From the human T2T-CHM13v2.0 reference genome, Homo sapiens: 64,000 bases of DNA. Positions 57,366 to 64,000 of this stretch are shown here, piece after piece (position 1 is the stretch's first letter; every line of letters begins with the position of its first letter). The notes below the pieces were generated by a model. It had not been told where the DNA came from. It did not search any database and saw only the letters and a list, made by a program, of their open reading frames with translations. The stretch lies in assembly GCF_009914755.1 (NCBI RefSeq), contig NC_060942.1; one strand, 5' to 3'. The position numbers and the translations under genes are program-made.

Positions 57366-57662
57366 TTTTTTTTTTTTTTTTTTTTTTGAGATGGAGTCTC
57401 ACTCTTTTGCCCAGGCTGGAGCGCAGTGGCACAATATCAGCTCACTGAAACTCAGGTTTCAAGCAATTCTCCTGCCTCAGTCTCCCAAGTAGCTGAGATT
57501 ACAAGGGCCCACCACAACACCCAGCTAATTTTTGTATTTTTAGTAGAGACAGGATTTCACCATGTTAGCCAGGCTGGTCTTGAACTTCTGACCTCAAGTG
57601 ATCCGCCCCCCTCGGCCTCCCAGAAGTGTTGGGATTACAGGCGTGAGCCACCCTGCCCGGCT
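57366..57662 (-). mobile_element. AluS
   Basis: Reverse Alu with long T-tail; TSD AGCC(A/G)GAGCTTT. Confidence 0.93.
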
Positions 57663-58769
57663 GAGCCGGAGCTTTATTACTGATTTGCAGATCATGCGGA
57701 AGGCGGTGAGGCTGCAGGCTTGCATAGCACATGGCTTATTAGCTGGTCGATTCACAGCTCTGCAACCTCCCTTTGCTGCTTTTGCCAACCCACATCTAGC
57801 CTCCCATGTCTGGCTCAGCTCTCTTCCATTTTGCCTTTTGCTGCTTCCTTAATCAACCCCCTGCCCGCTTCACAACTCTTCCCTCCTTGGTTGTAGAAAG
57901 TCCTCCTGCTCTAACTGCCCCCACCCCTAAAGCCAGGGCCTAGGTCGCCATAACTGAGGAGCCCTGCATTTCCTCTGCTCCACCAGGCGTCTTCCTACTT
58001 GCTGGTCTCAGGCATCCTCAACAGGATAACTTCCTGCAGCAACACATTTCACTGAGTGGCAAAGGCCAGGTCGCCCAGCAAGCCACTGGGGAGGAAGGCA
58101 GGACATGTGTGGCCCCAGAGCCTCAGTCTGTGACCTGGAGAACAGCCAATTTGGTTTTAGGGAATCAGGTTGTCCTGTTGTCTGGGCCACATCAGGCCTG
58201 GCCAGCCAGAGATCCAAAACAAACCTGATGCCGCTCACAGCTCAGCGGCCTGAGGTCATTCACTCACTATTCCTTTAGGAAACAAATGCCAGCAAGTGGT
58301 GTAAGAATACCAATGCCATTGCAGGCTCTGCCAACAGGTACAATCATTATTGTTATTTTTCTAATCCATGCCTGTTGCAATTCAATCAAATTAATGCTTC
58401 ATTTATTAGAAAATGTGATTTTTGCAACACAAATAGGGTAGGGCTGCCCCAAAAGTCCCAGTCTTTTGCCACTGACCCCTGCACTTTCCTCAGCCTGGGA
58501 CCGATCTGCTGCCCCAGGACCCTGCCTTGGCCTGGGCATTGGCAACACAGAAACTGGCTCCTCACAGATCAAACTGAAAAGAGGAGACTGGGGAGTGCCT
58601 GGGACGGTGGAATTCCTGAATGTCTGTTGCCTAGGAAAGAAAATTCAATGCCAGTTAGCTTGTTGCTCACACAGATTCTGAGAAAGACTCAGACTTTCAG
58701 AGATTCTGCCTCTTGCGATATCATATTAGACTTACTAACTAAAAACAAACATTGTGCTTAAATGGAAGA

Positions 58770-60450
58770 GCAACATCCAGACAGAAAAGTGCACAGATAA
58801 TATGTGTACTGCCTGATGATTTCTTACAGACTCAACACTTCCATGTAACCAGCTCCCAGATCAAGAAACAGAACCTTCCAGGAGCCTCCTGGTGTCCCCT
58901 TAATCACTACCCCTCCTCCCAAGGTAACCACAAGTTTGAGTTCTACTATCATAGATCCGTTTGTTCTGTTTTTAAATGTTATATAAATGGAACCATACAG
59001 TGTGTGTTCGTGTCTGGTGTCCTTTGCTCAGTATCCTGTTTGTGTGATTCCTGTGTGTTGTTGAGGTTCAGCAAGGTTGCTGCTGATTATGGAAGTTCTT
59101 TCATTTTCATTTCATTTCATTATTTATTTATAAAGAGTTCCATCATGTGATATACTGTAGACACCATTTTATCCATTCTATAATTAATGGGCATTTTGAT
59201 TGCTCTCTATTTTGGAATATTATGAGTAAAGTTGCTGTGAGCATGTCTGTGGTGCACACGTGTCCATATTTCTGTTGACTGTATACCTAGGAGGGCAGTT
59301 GCTTGGTTGTGAGGTAGGTGTATGGCCACCTTTGGTATATACTGTTAAACAGCTCTTAGAGAGTTTATACCAATATATATGTTCTCCAGGGTATGAGAAC
59401 TCTGTTTGTGCCACATCCTTGCCAATACTTGATGTTGTCTTTTAAATTTTAGCTATTAGGTGGTGTGTGAACCCTCACTTATTCCATCGTGCTTTAATTT
59501 GAGATTTCCTTGATGACTAATATAACTGAGCACTTTTTATAGGTCTGTTGACCATTTTGGATATCCTTTTTATGTAAAGTGCCTGTTTAGATTTTGCCCA
59601 TTAAGAAACTGTACTGTCTTACTTTTTCTTACAAGAATTCTTTCTATACTCTGGTTTTGAGGGTCCTTTGTCAGATAGATGTATGACAAAAAGCTTCTCC
59701 CATTCTATGGCTTGGCTCATTCCTTACTGAAACATTGTTAAGGAAGTGGTAAAATTATTATTTTCTATTAGATAAATAATTATGAGGTGTTATTCTTTGT
59801 CTCTAGAAATGGTTTTTGCCTTAAAGTGTCTGATATTAGTATAGCTAGACCATCTTTTCTTGGGTTATTTTGCATGCTATGTTTTTTCCCATCCTTTCAA
59901 ACTTCCTTTACTTTTATATTTAAGGTATGGCTCTAGTAAGCATCAGTTATTTTCTTCTACTACAGTCTGATAACCTTTGTCTTTTAATTGCAATATGCAT
60001 TTACATTTAGTGTAATTACTAAAGTTTATGATTGTATTGTTTTCTCATTGTATTGGTTTCTCATTCTCAAAGGAATATGTCTATATTCCTTTTCCCTTCT
60101 TTTTGTGCTTGTTTTTCAGGTTAGTTATTTTAAAAATTCATCCCTCCCTCCTATTAGTTTGTTAGTTATACCTTCTTTTTACTGTTATTTTAGTGGTTAT
60201 CATAGAAATAGTATGTTTCCTTGACTCTCTTAAGTCAAATAAAATTAATTCTTTTACTGCTTTCTGAATGAAGGGACCTTAGAAGACTTTAACTTCACTT
60301 CCTTCCCTCCTTTTGTGCTATTGCTACATGTGCTTTAATTTTAGTATATTTAGAACCCTCCAGGACATGGTAACTGTATGGGATAGTCAGCATTCAGTTC
60401 TATTCACCCACATACTCGCTTCTCTTTGTTCTCTCCTGCACCTCGTGTTC
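58770..60450 (-). mobile_element. Old L1ME/L1M fragments
   Basis: CCATGTAACCAGCTCCCAGATCAAGAAACAGAAC...ATATAAATGGAACCATACAG and T-rich L1 antisense ORF2 remnants. Confidence 0.7.
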
Positions 60451-63400
60451 CTGCCTGGGGTTCTTTCTTTGTCCCTGAAGGATGCACTTGTGCTTCTGGA
60501 AGGCTCTGGTCATCTGAACCCAGCCAGGAGTTGGGACTATTCAAGGGTGAGGCTGGGCTTCTGTCCTGTGAGGGCTGGTCCATCTCTGGTTCACTCATTC
60601 CTCGGGGAGCCTTCAGGATTCTCATGAGAACCTGAACTATTTGGACTATTTGTCAGGGCCTCTTCTTTTTGCTGAGCCCCAAACTCCAAATCTTGCCCCG
60701 CTACCGTTGTGAGTCTGCAGAAAGCTCCGCTCTTTAGCTCTTTAGCTAGATCATCTTTTCTTTGGTTATTTTGCTCCTCAGCCACTGCCCTGGTTTTGGG
60801 ATTCTGTCCCATGGCGAACAATGGCCTCCAAGCCCAGGGTTCCTCATTGTTGGCTTCCCTCTTCTTCTGGACAGGTAAATCCTCCTTGTTCTGGGGGCTC
60901 GTAGTGTCCTTCAAGCAGGGTTTTTATATATACGATTTGCCCAAGATCACATAGTGGACTTTGGGCAGAGCCAAGGCTAGAACCTGGGACCCTGCCGCCT
61001 GGTCCAGGCTCTTCCTTGAGGCCATGTTTTCTGCATCACCTCTGAGGCTGGCTTTGTAGGATTGAGGGAGGGGAGGGCAGATCCTCAACAGGGATGAAAA
61101 GTAGATGTGGAGGCAGCAGGAAGAGAAGCTGCAGTGCTGCAAGACTCCTGGTAGCTCCAGGCCACAGGGACTGGTCCTGTCCTGAAGCCCCAGTCTCAGC
61201 CTGAGAGACCTTGCTCTGCCAAGTGACTGGCTGGCCAGCAGCTGCTGACCCCTCACAGCTGGCTGAGCCTTTGCAATGATGGCCAAACTAAAAGCCAGTT
61301 GTAGAGCAATGTGACCTTCTCTTAGGGTATTCTCACATCCACTTTCTACTAAGGGTACCGGACCATGGCAATATGATCATGCACAGCCTCTTATTACATA
61401 TGGACCTCCCAGGGAGGAAATGACATGTCATGAATATCGAGTGAGTGTGTTTGCACGAGCAATCCCGAATTCCACAGGCCAGCCAGATCCCACTCTGTGG
61501 CTGCTCATGTTACTCAGGGTGAGGGTCTGAGCCTCATCCCGGGACAGACACTCAGGACCCTGTTGTGTGCGTCACCTCCCATCCTCCTGGGCCACACACA
61601 CACACCCTTAGTCGTGTCCTTGACATGAAGATTATTTGCCAGATTAACTTCTTTTGGAGAAAGGGAAATGAGGGCTCTTCACCTCTGGGCGATGCCATCT
61701 CTCTTTTCACTCTCTCTCCATCCTTATGAGTTTCTTTGACTCCCAGTACAAGCTGCTTCTTTGCTTCCACAGTGCAGCTTCCAAGAATCTCTTTTTGGAG
61801 TCAGTTTGAATCATTATCCACGTCTTCCTACATTACTACTTGGAGAGCCAGGTGCTGAAGTGCACATGTTGGCATCAGAGAGAGCAGGTTTTACTCTGCC
61901 AGTGAGTGGCTGTGTGAACATGAGCCACTGGTCTACCTCTACAGGCCTCAGTTTTCTCATCTGTTAAATGAGGATATGACAGGAATTTAGGCTTATTTGA
62001 ATATGGAATGAGATAACTGCAAAGGACTTATCACAGTGTGGTTGGTGGTAGTATTATTAGCTTTATTATAGGCTTGTTACCATAGATATGAACTGTGTTA
62101 AATACTATGTTATCTAACTATGTTAAAAATCTATGTTACCGTAGATTGAAACTACGTTAGCTACTACAGTGACCATGGAAATGAATCTTTTCTCTTTAGA
62201 TTTTTGCAAGCACATGCAAAGGTGCTTTTAGACTGTCTGCCCTCACCTTCTAACCTACCCAGAACTTATGAAAACATTAGCCTGGGCTGCCTTCAAGCCT
62301 CCTCTCCCAAAACCACTACCAGAAAGCCTGTTCATGATCTTCCCCGTTGGAAACATTCTTGGTAACTCCAGGACAGGATCACACGCACCCTTGAATGCTG
62401 CAGCACTTACTTTCCGTGCCATCACTGGGAGCTGACAAGCTGTCCTGAGTCACTGGTTAACAGTTTATGTGTATGCCCTAGTACGTGAAGATACCATAAA
62501 CTTATAGCAAGCAGTTAGGGGCCATAGATATATGGTTTTATATTCTCCAACAGGGAATTTCCCTGTAATTTGGTGGCTCTAAATCAGCATGAGACTGATT
62601 TAGAGCAGAGGCTCTGTAGTAAAACAGGTCTGGAGTCAAATCTTGTCTCTGATTGTTATCGTGCCTTTGGGAAAGTAGAGATAATGGTTCCTGCTTCTCA
62701 GGAATTCAGTGATGATTAAACAATGTTTTAGCACAGGCTTGGCTCATAACAAGTTCCCAATAAATAGCAGCTATAGTTAATAACTATTTGTTGACTAATT
62801 AATTGCATTAATAAATTAATAGGAACATCTATAATTTTGGACATCTCCCTTAGCACACCTTAAACGTCAGCTTTGCATTCATCAAACACCTAAGCGAGCA
62901 TGTGTTTAGCTGCATGCGGTTCAAGAACACCCTGATTCTGCTCTGCAGCTCTCATGTTCATTAAGCAAATGCAGGGGAATTAGCAAGGCACACTTATTAA
63001 AAACAGGCTGGTCTAGAGGAGCCTCTCATGTTTAATACATTACAGACCCAGTGAACTGTAAAAATAAATGAAGGCCTGCAATTCTGTTGTTTTTGAAGCT
63101 CTTAATTTTTTTTTCCTCTTTGAACCTCTGGGGGAGGAAATATGTTTTGAAACCATGGGATGTAATAAACATGACAGCATCTTCTTAAAGATTCATCTAT
63201 AACCTGCACTCATCCGGACTGTATCGCAGGAGTGTTTTCTTGCTTTTCCAATAAGATGATCCCCTGAAAGAGAAGTAATGACAGTAATAAATAGCTTTAA
63301 TTGTCAAATGCATCTTAGATGATATTCATGCTTAGAAATGGAACATTCTAGCTGCTAGAATGGAAACCTCCCAGGGGTTTGATGGTAGATGTGGGGTTTG

Positions 63401-64000
63401 TAGTTATAGAATGGAGTTGGGTGGGAACTCTTGGTCAGCTGCTCCCAACCGTTTCCAAGCAAGGTCCCTCCGCTGGCCTCTGGTACAGTGGTCTCAAGTA
63501 GTCAGTCACTTCACTTCCAGGGACAAGCTGCACAAGATAGCTTTGCAATGCTGAAATGTTCCCAGGCAGGGGTCACATTTCCAAGACTTGATAAAGATGA
63601 AATGCGTTTGGTAATGCTTCCCTTTCCCCATCTGCCTCCCTGGTTCCCACATTTCTTTGCCTTTCTCAAGTGAAGGTTAGGATGCAGGAATATCCCAGAG
63701 ACCACCGAGGGGGCTGCACCCGCTCTTCTTCCCTCTTAGTGGATGTTCTGGCTTCCGGAACTCAGCACCCTGGGCCCTGCTCTCTGAGTTTCACATTCTT
63801 GGCCCCACGGTGCGAAGGTACTTCTGGGTTGGCCATTTTAACTTTGGTTAATCCTCAGCCTGCCTGTGTCTCCCCACCACCAGCCCCCAGAAAGCCTCAT
63901 TTCAACATAGCCTGTGAGATAGGCTTCCTATCAAATTTGATGAATACATTTGCTGCTCTCATGCTTCAGGTATTACGGGCCTCCTCTCTCCCCTTTGGGC

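Overview
Human genomic DNA: a human-specific AluYb8 is present alongside primate Alu/L1/MST and eutherian MER/Tigger/MLT/MIR repeats. The window is intergenic or intronic and roughly half interspersed repeat. I see no intact protein-coding gene, RNA gene or CRISPR array, and most ORF-track entries are chance ORFs or repeat-derived. I cannot name the locus. The strongest non-repeat signals are: (1) a candidate decayed multi-exon gene on the minus strand at about 3.6-8.0 kb, whose best exon (5750-6061) is 312 nt with good splice sites, only TGA stops, and a motif recalling the TNKS1BP1/KIAA1671 C-terminal domain; (2) a 130-bp, ~97% identical inverted duplication of unique DNA around a 518-bp spacer; (3) a ~180-bp templated insertion copied from an LTR 2.6 kb away into a Tigger3 element, with repair-synthesis signatures at both junctions; (4) a twin-primed 5'-inverted L1; (5) a young AluYb8. 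These read as evolutionary or repair scars and a possible lost gene. The sequence alone does not establish a novel biological system. Repeat subfamily names come from recalled consensus features and need RepeatMasker/Dfam confirmation.
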